Shown here: positions 53,289 to 62,416 of the stretch, piece by piece
Position numbering within the stretch: the first letter of the stretch is position 1
How the letters are laid out: every line of letters begins with the position of its first letter
Source: Gaiellales bacterium
GTDB taxonomy: Bacteria; Actinomycetota; Thermoleophilia; Gaiellales; JAICJC01
Assembly (NCBI GenBank): GCA_036403155.1
Contig: DASWRM010000010.1
Location: forward strand, 33,618 to 97,617
Direction of reading: 5' to 3'
Length of the DNA: 64,000 nucleotides
Notes under the pieces: model-generated
What the model saw: only the letters and a program-made list of their open reading frames with translations
Databases searched by the model: none
Told to the model about the DNA's origin: nothing
Position numbers and translations under genes: made by a program

Positions 53289-54057
53289 AGCGGAACGGCG
53301 CCACGGCCGTGGCGCGGCCCGTGGCGCTGTCGCAGTCGATCAGCGCGCCCTCGATGCGGACATCGCCCTCCGCCGGCTCGAACCGGACCGGCAGGCCTGT
53401 CTGGAAGCGGCGCAGGACGAGCTCGGCCCTGACGCCGATCACCGAATCGTGCGGCCCCGTCATGCCGGCGTCGGTCAGGTAGGCGGTGCCGCCGGGGAGC
53501 ACCGCCGGGTCGTTCGTCTGGATGTGCGTGTGGGTGCCGATCACCGCCGTGACGCTTCCGTCCAGCAGTCGGCCCATCGCGACCTTCTCGCTGGTCGCCT
53601 CGGCATGGAAGTCGACGATCACCACCGGCGTTTGCTCACGCGCCTCCGAGACCAGCCGTGGCCCCATCTCGAACGGGCTCTGGGCGGCGTCCAGGAACAG
53701 CTGACCGATCAGGTTGACGACCGCGATGCGCGTTCCGTCCGCCGCCTCCACCACCGTCAGCCCGCGGCCCGGCGCGGTCGCCGCATGGTTCGCCGGTCGG
53801 ACGATGCGCTCGTTCGTCTCGAGGAACGGATAGACCTCCTTCTGCCGGTACGCGTGGTTGCCGAGGGTGATCGCGTCGACGCCGGAGGCATAGAGCCGCG
53901 TGGCGATGCGGCTGGTCACGCCGACCCCGTCCGCAGCGTTCTCGGCGTTCGCGATCACCGCGTCGACGCCGTGCTCCTCGCGGATGGCGGGCAGGTGCTG
54001 CTCGACGGCACGCCTGCCGGGAGCGGCGAAGATGTCGGCGAGGAACAGGATGCGCAC
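53275..54057 (-). CDS. ymdB: YmdB-family metallophosphoesterase (2',3'-cyclic-nucleotide phosphodiesterase-like)
   Basis: Start at GTG 54057 (VRILFLADIFAAPGRRAV). Conserved NAENAADG, GNHAY, DFHAEATSEK and GTHTHIQTND. Confidence 0.9.
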   Translation of the reverse strand: MRILFLADIFAAPGRRAVEQHLPAIREEHGVDAVIANAENAADGVGVTSRIATRLYASGVDAITLGNHAYRQKEVYPFLETNERIVRPANHAATAPGRGLTVVEAADGTRIAVVNLIGQLFLDAAQSPFEMGPRLVSEAREQTPVVIVDFHAEATSEKVAMGRLLDGSVTAVIGTHTHIQTNDPAVLPGGTAYLTDAGMTGPHDSVIGVRAELVLRRFQTGLPVRFEPAEGDVRIEGALIDCDSATGRATAVAPFRFSAP

Positions 54058-54077
54058 GCCGCGGATGGTACGCGGCT

Positions 54078-54866
54078 CTAGAGCAGCGGGCTCGCCCCGG
54101 GCGCGGGGCCGACCTGCATGGAGACGTGGTTGCCGGCGCCCGAGGTGTAGTGCGAGACCGTCTGGTCGAGCAGCTTCGAGAGGTCGACGACGGTGCCGAG
54201 CTTCGTGACCGACGCCTGAACGGGCGTCCCGACGTCCACGTCGAGGTGCTTGCCGAGGTTGCCGACCGTGACGATCACGGCGGCAAGGCTGCTCGGCCTG
54301 ATCTGCACGATGCTCCCTCGAACCTGGCCATTCAGGACGTACGGCTGGACGCTGACGACGACGCCGTCCACCGGCGAGTAGACGTTCGTCCCGCTGGGAG
54401 CGCCCACGTCGACCGCGCTGGTATCCGGGCCGGACCCGTGGCTGTCGACGTAGTAGCGCGGCCCTGGGCTGCTGCCTCCGCCGAACAGCCTGTCGCCCAA
54501 CCGTGCGAGGAACCCGGCGTTCCGCTGCTTGCCCGCCGGGGTGAGCGGGATGCCGTCGGCCACGCCGGTCGCGTGGTAGACGATCGCCGTCACGCGGCGC
54601 TGCGAGACCGGCAGCTCGAGCGTGAGCGAGCTGACCGTCGCCAGCGTCTCGGGCGGCGATGGCGGGCCGTTCGGGGCGATCTCGGCCGAGTTGCCGAGCG
54701 GGATGCCGCTGGAGCTGGTGCCCGACGAGCCGCCGCGCAGCAGCGTCACGGCCACCGCGCCGAGCGCGAGCAGCACGCCGAGCGCGACCAGCCGCCGAAG
54801 CCGGTGCGGTGAGCGCCGGCGAACGGTGCGGCGTCGCCGGCGCTGTCGCTGCCGGGTGGCGATCAT
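54078..54866 (-). CDS. Membrane-anchored M23/LytM-like domain protein (probably degenerate active site)
   Basis: Arg-rich N-terminus plus a TM helix. The C-terminal beta-rich region has VYSPVDGVVVSV, but GNHVSMQV stands where HxH is expected. Confidence 0.45.
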   Translation of the reverse strand: MIATRQRQRRRRRTVRRRSPHRLRRLVALGVLLALGAVAVTLLRGGSSGTSSSGIPLGNSAEIAPNGPPSPPETLATVSSLTLELPVSQRRVTAIVYHATGVADGIPLTPAGKQRNAGFLARLGDRLFGGGSSPGPRYYVDSHGSGPDTSAVDVGAPSGTNVYSPVDGVVVSVQPYVLNGQVRGSIVQIRPSSLAAVIVTVGNLGKHLDVDVGTPVQASVTKLGTVVDLSKLLDQTVSHYTSGAGNHVSMQVGPAPGASPLL

Positions 54867-54922
54867 CGGGGCAGGGTAGCCCCCGGCGCCGCGGCCCTGT
54901 GCCGGCTGGACCGGTCGGTAGC

Positions 54923-56149
54923 ATGGTCCGGATGGCCCCCGACACGCCGCGCAAGCTGGTGATCCCCCGCTGGGTGCAGCTGATCGGGCTCCCGCTGATT
55001 CTGGTCGGCGCCTGGCAGTTCGTCGCGGCGGTGAACCACGCGGTCTTCATCTTCATCGTGGCCGCGCTGATCGCGATCCTGCTGAACCCGATCGTCCGCG
55101 CGTTCGCCGCCCTGCGGATTCCGCGCCCCGTTGCCGTGCTCCTCGTCTACCTGCTGTTCGCGCTCACGTTCGTCGCAGCGGGCGTGCTCGCAGGCACGGT
55201 GATCGCGACCCAGGTGCAGGCGGCCAGCGGCGTCGTCGAGCGGGAGTTCAGCACGGCGCCCGGGCAGACCGAGACTCCGGCCCAGAAGCGCCTCGACCGC
55301 CTCCAGCGCTGGCTGGACGGCCACGGACTGTCCCAGGTCGACGTGCGGAACCTCGGCGACAAGGTGCAGGAGAAGATCGACTCGCTGGACATCCAGAGCG
55401 TGTCGGGCAAGGCGGTGACCGTCGCCCAGGGCGTCCTGATCGGGGTGGTGGAGAGCCTCTTCAACGTGGTGCTGGTGATCGTGGTCTCGGTCTACATGTT
55501 GCTCGACGCGCCGCGGTTGTCGCGCTTCCTGCGCCGGCTGTTCCCGCCCGGTGAAGGGGAACAGGACCTGATGACGCGGTGTGAGCGGGCGCTGATCTCC
55601 TATGTGCGGGGCCAGACCATGGTGTCGCTCGTGATCGGCGCCAGCGCGGGCGCGTTCATGTGGGTGCTCGGGGTGACCGGCATCTTCCAGAGCGGCGACG
55701 ACTACGCCATCGCGTTCGCCGCGTTCGCCGCGCTGGTCGAGGTGATCCCGTACGTGGGGCCGTGGATCGGGGCGATCCCGCCGCTCGCGGTGGCGCTCGC
55801 CGAGTCGCCGGGCGCGGCCCTCGCCGTCGCGATCGCGTTCCTGATCATCCACCAGATCGAGGGCCACATCGTCATCCCGAAGCTGATGGGGGGCGCGGTC
55901 GGCGTGCACCCGCTGCTCGTCATCTTCGCGCTGCTCGCGGGCGAGCAGCTGTACGGGGTGCCCGGCGTGCTGGTCACGCTGCCGCTGGTCGCGGTCGGCC
56001 GGGAGGTGGTGGCCTTCCTCCGCGACCGGATCGGCCTCGAGACGTGGCACGGTGCGGCGATCCCGGTCGAGGTTCCGGTCGAGGTGCGTGCCGATGCGCC
56101 GCCGCCGGTGCCTCCGGCGGGCGGAGCCGGCCCCGCTACGGCTGGCTGA
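54923..56149 (+). CDS. AI-2E family transporter (PerM/UPF0118)
   Basis: Start at ATG 54923. Eight-TM pattern with the conserved EVIPYVGPWIGAIPP and HPLLVIFALLAG. Confidence 0.85.
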   Translation: MVRMAPDTPRKLVIPRWVQLIGLPLILVGAWQFVAAVNHAVFIFIVAALIAILLNPIVRAFAALRIPRPVAVLLVYLLFALTFVAAGVLAGTVIATQVQAASGVVEREFSTAPGQTETPAQKRLDRLQRWLDGHGLSQVDVRNLGDKVQEKIDSLDIQSVSGKAVTVAQGVLIGVVESLFNVVLVIVVSVYMLLDAPRLSRFLRRLFPPGEGEQDLMTRCERALISYVRGQTMVSLVIGASAGAFMWVLGVTGIFQSGDDYAIAFAAFAALVEVIPYVGPWIGAIPPLAVALAESPGAALAVAIAFLIIHQIEGHIVIPKLMGGAVGVHPLLVIFALLAGEQLYGVPGVLVTLPLVAVGREVVAFLRDRIGLETWHGAAIPVEVPVEVRADAPPPVPPAGGAGPATAG

Positions 56150-57518
56150 CCGTCGTTCCCACGCCCGACTGCGGCGTGGGGGCGAGTGCGTCCTGGTTGG
56201 AGGGAGCGAGGTCGGCGGCCAGCTCGAACGCCTCGAGCGCCGCCTCGGCCCGGCCCATCCGCTTCAGGAACTTGCCGTACCACCGGTATGCCTTGGCCAG
56301 CTCTCGCGCCCAGCCATTCTGCTGGCGGATGGCGTCGATCGCCGCGGTGTAGGCCCACTCGGCCCGCTCGCCGTGGCCGAGCTCGTCGTAGACGCGCGCC
56401 AGCACCAGGTAGGCGTCGCCGAGCTGGCCGGGAAGCGCGCCGTTTGCCAGCAGCTCCACGCCCTCCTTGGCCTTCGCCGAGGCAAGCTCGTGGTCGCCGC
56501 GCTGGAGCGCGCAGCGCGCCTCCTCGACGACGACGAACCCGAGGTCGAGCGGGCTCGGCCGTGCGCCCAGCAGTCCCCGCGCGGCCGTGAGGTGCTCGCT
56601 GGCGCGCTCCGTCTCGGAGTTGTCGAGCAGGTTCTGCGCGTACAGCAGGTGGGCGTCCGAGAGGGCGACGTTGTCGTCCATCAGCTCGAAGATGGCAAGC
56701 GCGCGATCGGCGTATGCGATCGCCTGGCCGATCTGGCCTGTGGTCGCGTACAGGCGGGAGAGCGAGTAGTACGCGCCGGCGCGGCTGCGCAGGTCGACCT
56801 CCTCGGCACCGTCGCGCAGCGCCTCGGCCAGGACGCCGGCAGCGCTGCCGTAGTCCCCGGCATCCGTGTAGGCGCGGCTCAGCATCAGCGTGTAGCGGAC
56901 AAGCTTTGCCAGATCGCGGCCCGGCTGGTCGCGAAGGCGCTCGGCGCAGTCGTTCAGCAGCGCGATGGCACGCGCCGGATCGCCGGCGTTGACGTGGAGG
57001 CGCGCCAGCTCGATGTAGAGGTCGGGGCGCTGGGCGGGGTGCGGCGGGTCGCCGATCTCGAGCGCCCGCTGGAACAGCTCGAGCGCCTGCGGCTCGCGGC
57101 CGCGGCGCGACGCGATCAGCGCGAGCCCCTCGAAGCACTCGCTCATGCGCTCGGCGTCGGCGTCCACCTCGGACTCGCGAAGCACGCCGCGCAGCAGCTC
57201 CTCGGCCTCGTCGTACTGCTCGAGCCGAATCATCATCATCGCGTCGAGCACCTCGAGCGACCGGGCGCGCTGCTCGCTGCTGACCTCGCCGGTCAGCTCC
57301 TCGGGCGTGACGTCGAGCCGGCGCGCGATCTCGATCAGGACGCGCGGGCTGGGCCGGCGGTCGCCCGCTTCGATCCGCGCCAGGTAGCTGTAGGAGCATC
57401 CGTCGAACGACAGGTCGCGCTGCGTCATCGCGCGCTTGCGGCGCATATGGCGGATCCGGGCGCCGAGCTTGCGGAGCGCCTCGTTGGAATAGTCAAGTTC
57501 CTGCTGCTCGTCGAGCAT
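56136..57518 (-). CDS. XRE-family HTH regulator fused to a long TPR array (460 aa)
   Basis: Start at ATG 57518, preceded by GGGAGGGG. The HTH is LGARIRHMRRKRAMTQRDLSFDGCSYSYLARIEAGDRRPS. About 380 aa of TPR-like helical repeats follow. Confidence 0.8.
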   Translation of the reverse strand: MLDEQQELDYSNEALRKLGARIRHMRRKRAMTQRDLSFDGCSYSYLARIEAGDRRPSPRVLIEIARRLDVTPEELTGEVSSEQRARSLEVLDAMMMIRLEQYDEAEELLRGVLRESEVDADAERMSECFEGLALIASRRGREPQALELFQRALEIGDPPHPAQRPDLYIELARLHVNAGDPARAIALLNDCAERLRDQPGRDLAKLVRYTLMLSRAYTDAGDYGSAAGVLAEALRDGAEEVDLRSRAGAYYSLSRLYATTGQIGQAIAYADRALAIFELMDDNVALSDAHLLYAQNLLDNSETERASEHLTAARGLLGARPSPLDLGFVVVEEARCALQRGDHELASAKAKEGVELLANGALPGQLGDAYLVLARVYDELGHGERAEWAYTAAIDAIRQQNGWARELAKAYRWYGKFLKRMGRAEAALEAFELAADLAPSNQDALAPTPQSGVGTTVSQP

Positions 57519-57589
57519 GTTCGCCCCTCCCGCGATGTCCATTCGTGGCAAGCCTACTGAGCGCGTGGGGGCATGTAAAGGCCCGGCGA

Positions 57590-57595
57590 TACAAT
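57590..57595 (+). promoter_or_regulatory. -10 box TACAAT 7 nt upstream of the hemB ATG (leaderless-type)
   Basis: Read from the sequence. Confidence 0.45.
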
Positions 57596-57602
57596 CCGCC
57601 GC

Positions 57603-58574
57603 ATGGCATTTCCGGTTACGAGGCTCCGCCGGCTGCGGCGCACAGACGCCCTGCGCGGCATGGTTCGCGAGACGCGCCTGGCCGCGGCAGACCTGATCCA
57701 GCCGCTGTTCGTGCGGGCGGGCAGCGGGCCGGCCACGCCGATCCCGTCGCTCGCCGGACAGTTCCACCACTCGATCGAGACGCTGGTGGCCGAGGCTGAG
57801 CTGGTGCATGCGGCGGGCGTGCCCGCCGTGATCCTCTTCGGCCTGCCCGACCACAAGGACGACGCCGCCAGCTCGGCGTACGACGATGAGGGGATCGTCC
57901 AGATGGCAGTGCGCGCGCTGCGGGCTCAGGTGCCCGAGCTGGTCCTGGTCACCGACGTCTGTCTATGCCAGTACACATCGCATGGACATTGCGGGGTGCT
58001 GCGCGACGGTGCCGTGGACAACGATCTGACGCTCGACCTGCTCGCCCAGACCGCAGTGTCGCATGCCGCCGCCGGCGCGGACATCGTCGCGCCGAGCGAC
58101 ATGATGGACGGCCGGGTGGCGGCGATCCGCTCGGCGCTCGACGCCGAATCGCTGACATCCACGGCGATCCTCGCCTACAGCGCCAAGTTCGCCTCCGCCT
58201 TCTACGGCCCGTTCAGGGAGGCCGCGCACTCCACGCCTGCCGAGGGCGACCGGCGCGGCTACCAGATGGATCCCGCCAACGGAACCGAGGCGCTGCGCGA
58301 GGTGCTGCTCGACATCGAGGAGGGGGCGGACATGGTGATGGTGAAGCCCGCCATGCCGTACCTCGACGTGATCCGGCGCGTGCGCGAGCGGACGCTCGCG
58401 CCGATTGCCGCCTACCAGGTGAGCGGCGAGTACGCGATGCTCACGGGCGCCGCGCGAGCGGGCCTGCTGGACGAGCGCGCCGCCGCACTCGAGGCGTTGA
58501 CCGCGATCAAGCGCGCCGGAGCAGACATGATCATCACCTACCACGCGACCCGGGCGGCTGGGTGGCTGTCGTAG
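57603..58574 (+). CDS. hemB: Porphobilinogen synthase (delta-aminolevulinate dehydratase)
   Basis: Full-length HemB pattern (RLRRLR...PLFV ... VMVKPAMPYLDVI ... YQVSGEYAM). Confidence 0.95.
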   Translation: MAFPVTRLRRLRRTDALRGMVRETRLAAADLIQPLFVRAGSGPATPIPSLAGQFHHSIETLVAEAELVHAAGVPAVILFGLPDHKDDAASSAYDDEGIVQMAVRALRAQVPELVLVTDVCLCQYTSHGHCGVLRDGAVDNDLTLDLLAQTAVSHAAAGADIVAPSDMMDGRVAAIRSALDAESLTSTAILAYSAKFASAFYGPFREAAHSTPAEGDRRGYQMDPANGTEALREVLLDIEEGADMVMVKPAMPYLDVIRRVRERTLAPIAAYQVSGEYAMLTGAARAGLLDERAAALEALTAIKRAGADMIITYHATRAAGWLS

Positions 58575-59845
58575 GCGGCCCGCGGACCGAGGCCGCCTCC
58601 GAGCGCCTGTACCGCGAGGCCTCCGCCATCATCCCCGGCGGCGTCAGCAGCCCGGTGCGCGCGATGCGCTCGGTCGGCCGCGACCACCCCCTCTTCGCCG
58701 CGCGGGGAGAGGGCGGCTGCCTGATCGACGCGGACGGGAACCGGTACGTCGACTGGGTGCTCTCCTGGGGTCCGCTGATCGCCGGGCATGCACACCCGCG
58801 CGTGGTCGAGGCGGTGAGCCGGGCGGCGGCGGACGGGACCTCGTTCGGAGCGCCGACGGAGCTCGAGCTGCGGCTGGCCCGCGAGGTTGTCGCCGCGGTG
58901 CCGTCGGTCGACATGGTGCGATTCGTCTCCTCGGGCACCGAGGCCACCATGAGCGCCGTGCGCCTCGCCCGGGCGTTCACCGGGCGCACGAAGCTGCTCA
59001 AGTTCGCGGGCGGCTACCACGGACACGTGGACGCCCTGCTCGCGCAGGCCGGATCCGGGTTGGCGACGCTGGCGATCCCCAGCACTCCCGGGGTGCCGGC
59101 GGCCGTCACGGCGGACACGCTGATCTGCCCGTACAACGACCTCGATGCGGTGCGTACGCTGGCCGAGCGGCACGGCGACGACCTCGCCTGCGTGATCGTC
59201 GAGCCGGTGGCCGGCAACATGGGCGTCGTGCCTCCGCGGCCCGGGTTCCTCGAGGGGCTGCGCGCGGTGTGCAACGGAACGGGCGCTCTGCTCGTGGCGG
59301 ACGAGGTGATCACGGGGTTTCGCGTCGCCTACGGCGGCGCGCAGGAGCGCCTGGCCTTCCGGCCGGACCTGACATGCCTCGGGAAGATCCTCGGCGGCGG
59401 GGTGCCGGCCGCCGCCTTCGGCGGGCGCGGCGATGTGATGGAACGGCTGGCGCCGATCGGCGACGTCTACCAGGCGGGGACGCTGTCCGGGAACCCGCTT
59501 GCGATGGCGGCCGGCCTGGCGACGCTCGAGCTGCTCCGAGGGGACGGTGCGTACGACCGTCTGGAGGCGGTCTCCGCAGCGCTCGCCGAGGGGCTTGCCG
59601 CGCCCGGCGTCACGGTCAACCGGGTGGGCGCGATGTTGACCGGGTTTTTCACCGACGCCCCGGTGACCGACTTTGCGGGCGCGGCGGCCTCGGACACCGA
59701 ACGCTATGCCCGGTTCCACGCGCACATACTCGACCGCGGCGTCTACATCGCGCCGTCGCAGTTCGAGGCGATGATGCCGTCCCTCGCACACACCGACGAG
59801 CAGGTGGAGCTGACGGTCGCGGCCGCCCGCGAGTTCGCGGGCTGA
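58562..59845 (+). CDS. hemL: Glutamate-1-semialdehyde 2,1-aminomutase
   Basis: The start is tentatively GTG 58562, overlapping the hemB end. HemL pattern IPGGVSSPVRA ... DEVITGFR ... the PLP-Lys region CLGKILGGG. Confidence 0.9.
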   Translation: MAVVGGPRTEAASERLYREASAIIPGGVSSPVRAMRSVGRDHPLFAARGEGGCLIDADGNRYVDWVLSWGPLIAGHAHPRVVEAVSRAAADGTSFGAPTELELRLAREVVAAVPSVDMVRFVSSGTEATMSAVRLARAFTGRTKLLKFAGGYHGHVDALLAQAGSGLATLAIPSTPGVPAAVTADTLICPYNDLDAVRTLAERHGDDLACVIVEPVAGNMGVVPPRPGFLEGLRAVCNGTGALLVADEVITGFRVAYGGAQERLAFRPDLTCLGKILGGGVPAAAFGGRGDVMERLAPIGDVYQAGTLSGNPLAMAAGLATLELLRGDGAYDRLEAVSAALAEGLAAPGVTVNRVGAMLTGFFTDAPVTDFAGAAASDTERYARFHAHILDRGVYIAPSQFEAMMPSLAHTDEQVELTVAAAREFAG

Positions 59846-60234
59846 TGGCCGAGGTGATGGAGCAGATCCGTGCGCGGGCACTGGCCGAGAGCCCGCTGCT
59901 CGCGGGGGCCCTGCGTCCGGATGGCGACGCGCGCGCGGAGTACGCCGGCCGCTGCGGCGACCGGTACCTGCTGGGCGTCGAGATGATCCGCGAGGGCTAC
60001 CTCCTGCATCACGGCAGCTCCCGGCTGTTCACTCAGGAGGATCGCGACCTGGCGCTCCTGACCGGCGACTACCTCTACGCCGCCGGGCTCGTCGAGATCT
60101 GTGCGACGGGCGACCTCGACGCGGTGCGAACGCTCGCGCTGCTGATCGCAGAGTGCTCCGCGCGGCGCGGCGAGCTCGCGGCCGAGAGCGACGAGCCGCT
60201 CTGGGATGCGGCGGTCACTGCCCTGGCACGCTGA
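59845..60234 (+). CDS. Hypothetical 129-aa protein translationally coupled to hemL
   Basis: The ATG overlaps the hemL TGA (TGATG). GC3 is high. I recognise no family. Confidence 0.5.
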   Translation: MAEVMEQIRARALAESPLLAGALRPDGDARAEYAGRCGDRYLLGVEMIREGYLLHHGSSRLFTQEDRDLALLTGDYLYAAGLVEICATGDLDAVRTLALLIAECSARRGELAAESDEPLWDAAVTALAR

Positions 60235-60237
60235 GAG

Positions 60238-60900
60238 CTAGGGCGTCCACCGGTCGGCGACCGGCGTCACGACGAGCTCGTGCGTCCAGGCCGAGCGTCC
60301 CTGCTCGTGCAGGTACCGCGCTGCTTTCGCCAGCTCGACCGTGTCGATCCGTTCGCCGCCGCCGTCGTCGCCCGGGCCGCCGAACGTCCCGTCGCAGACC
60401 AGCAGGCAGACGTGCACGCCTTTCGGCTTCAGCTCGTTCGCCGCCGCCTGCGAGAGCGCTCGGGTGCCCGCGGCACCGGCTGCCCACGGGGCGCGTCCGG
60501 GGAGGGCCCGCCGCGCCGAACCCCCGGTCACCTGGATCACCGTTCCCGACCCGCGGGCGGCCATCGACGCCCCGGCGGTCCGCAGGAACGCGAACACCTC
60601 AGGCAGCAGCTGCTCGAGGTACGGCTCCATCGCCGCGTCGTCGGTCGTGATCAGGTCGCCGCCGCCGAACCGGCCCTTGGGTGACATCGCGTTCACCGCC
60701 AGGTCGATCGCGCCCGCCTCCGAGACCACGCGCTGCATCTCGTCGGCCCGCGTCAGGTCGGCGGCCACGCCGGTGCCCGGGAACGCCGACGCCGTCTCCT
60801 CGCTTCGCGCCACGCCCGTGGCCTCCCATCCGAGCGCGAGGAAGTGCTCCGCGATCACCCTGCCGAGGTTCCGCGCGCCGAGGACGAGCAGGTGCGGCAT
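60238..60900 (-). CDS. Short-chain dehydrogenase/reductase-like NAD(P)-binding protein
   Basis: Start at ATG 60900 (MPHLLVLGARNLGRVIA), with a Rossmann N-terminus. It overlaps the lemA stop by 1 nt. Confidence 0.65.
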   Translation of the reverse strand: MPHLLVLGARNLGRVIAEHFLALGWEATGVARSEETASAFPGTGVAADLTRADEMQRVVSEAGAIDLAVNAMSPKGRFGGGDLITTDDAAMEPYLEQLLPEVFAFLRTAGASMAARGSGTVIQVTGGSARRALPGRAPWAAGAAGTRALSQAAANELKPKGVHVCLLVCDGTFGGPGDDGGGERIDTVELAKAARYLHEQGRSAWTHELVVTPVADRWTP

Positions 60901-61565
60901 CAGGAGCCCGCGGGCGGCGGCTCGTCCGCCGGTGGCGGAACGGCCGGGGGCGCTGCGGCCGGCGGCTCGGGGGCCGCGGCCGGGCCGGTGGCGGCAACCG
61001 ACGGTGGCGTGGAGAAGTCGACCCGCACCGGCTCGCGGTCGCCCGGGTCCTCGATCTCGAAGTACTCGCGCGGCGTGAACCCACCCATGCCCGCGATGAT
61101 CGAGTTCGGGAACACCTGGATCCGCGTGTTGTACGACTGGACGTTGCCGTTGTAGATGCGACGTGCCGCCGCGATCTGGTCCTCGGTGTTCGTGAGCTCG
61201 CCCTGCAGCTGCTGGAAGTTCTCGGTCGCCCGCAGCTGCGGATACGCCTCGGCAACCGCGAACAGGCGCCCGAGCGCCTGCGACAGCATGCCTTCGGCCA
61301 CGCCCGCCTGGGCCGGCCCGCTGGCGCCCATCGCCCTGCTGCGAGCGTCGGTGACGGCCTGGAAGGTCTCTCGCTCGTGAGCGGCGTAGCCCTTGACCGT
61401 CTCCACCAGGTTGGGGATCAGGTCGTGCCGCCGCTTCAGCTGCACGTCGATGCCGCTCCAGGCCTCGTCGACCTTGTTCCGCGCACGGACCATGCTGTTG
61501 TACGCGCCGATCAGGAACAGCGCGAGCACGATGACGACGACGATGACGATGATGGCAACGACCAT
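60900..61565 (-). CDS. lemA: LemA-family protein
   Basis: N-terminal TM helix, with YNSMVRARNKVDEAWSGIDVQLKRRHDLIPNLVETVKGYAAHE and a Pro/Ala-rich tail. Confidence 0.9.
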   Translation of the reverse strand: MVVAIIVIVVVIVLALFLIGAYNSMVRARNKVDEAWSGIDVQLKRRHDLIPNLVETVKGYAAHERETFQAVTDARSRAMGASGPAQAGVAEGMLSQALGRLFAVAEAYPQLRATENFQQLQGELTNTEDQIAAARRIYNGNVQSYNTRIQVFPNSIIAGMGGFTPREYFEIEDPGDREPVRVDFSTPPSVAATGPAAAPEPPAAAPPAVPPPADEPPPAGS

Positions 61566-61646
61566 GTTCCGTGCGCTCCTTGGGTGGAAGGCGTACCGCG
61601 GATCGGATTCTACGCATCCGCCGGCGTGTCCTCCTCCCCGCTGGGG

Positions 61647-62363
61647 TCAGACGGGGTCGGGGCGGTGCAGCAGGCCCTCGGCCAGCACCGCCTTCGCCAT
61701 GCGCTGAGCGGTGTCCAGCAGCGCCTCGTACTCGGCATCGGTCGTGCAGGGGTGCCGCGAGCTGACGACCAGCGTGCCCATCCCGTACTCGATCGCCGGG
61801 GCGGTATCGCCGAGCTGGAGGAACCAGACGATCGTCTCGGGCGCGAACAGCCGCAGGAGCGCCTCCCGGTCGCCGTCGCGTCCGGCCAGCAGCCGGAACC
61901 GCCGGCCGAACTCCACCGACTCGAGGTCGATCTGCTCCTCGTCCCAGCCGGCCGCCGGTGCGACGAATCCATGCCGGGGCACGACGCGGAAGTGCGGAAA
62001 GCCCGCGGCGAGCAGCGCCTGGATCACCGTCGTGCGCCCGAGCCGGAGGCCCACGGACACGCCCAGCTCGCGCTGCGTCAGGCTGCGGTCATCCTCCAGC
62101 ACCCAGGTCCAGGCATACAGCGTGCCGGTGCCGTCCCCGACCGGCACCTCCCAGCAGTCGCCGGCCTCCCCGCCGGGCAGCTCCAGCGTCGGCGTCGAGG
62201 CGGGCGGCGGCGGTTCCGCGGGCAGCAGGCCCTTGCGGACGGCCCAGTCCGCCGCGTCGTCCGCCGCCGCCGGCGACCGGCCGATCAGGCGGTAGCCCGC
62301 GACCGCGACGAACAGGAGCGGCATCAGGTAGGGCAGGAGGACCGCATGCGCCATGACGCCCAT
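61647..62363 (-). CDS. Membrane-anchored hypothetical protein upstream of lemA (possibly DUF3137-like)
   Basis: N-terminal TM helix. The position upstream of lemA matches the common LemA/DUF3137 pairing. The family is unverified. Confidence 0.45.
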   Translation of the reverse strand: MGVMAHAVLLPYLMPLLFVAVAGYRLIGRSPAAADDAADWAVRKGLLPAEPPPPASTPTLELPGGEAGDCWEVPVGDGTGTLYAWTWVLEDDRSLTQRELGVSVGLRLGRTTVIQALLAAGFPHFRVVPRHGFVAPAAGWDEEQIDLESVEFGRRFRLLAGRDGDREALLRLFAPETIVWFLQLGDTAPAIEYGMGTLVVSSRHPCTTDAEYEALLDTAQRMAKAVLAEGLLHRPDPV

Positions 62364-62416
62364 GTATCGGCGGGCGCGAAGCCCGCCTCAAGCCGCTTGC
62401 ATACACTGCCCGGCTG

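Noticed and set aside
60900-61100. Pro/Ala-rich C-terminal tails (LemA, SPFH, subunit I linker) as DNA tandem repeats.
   Set aside because: These are low-complexity codon runs (GCC/CCG) without a repeating unit at the nucleotide level.
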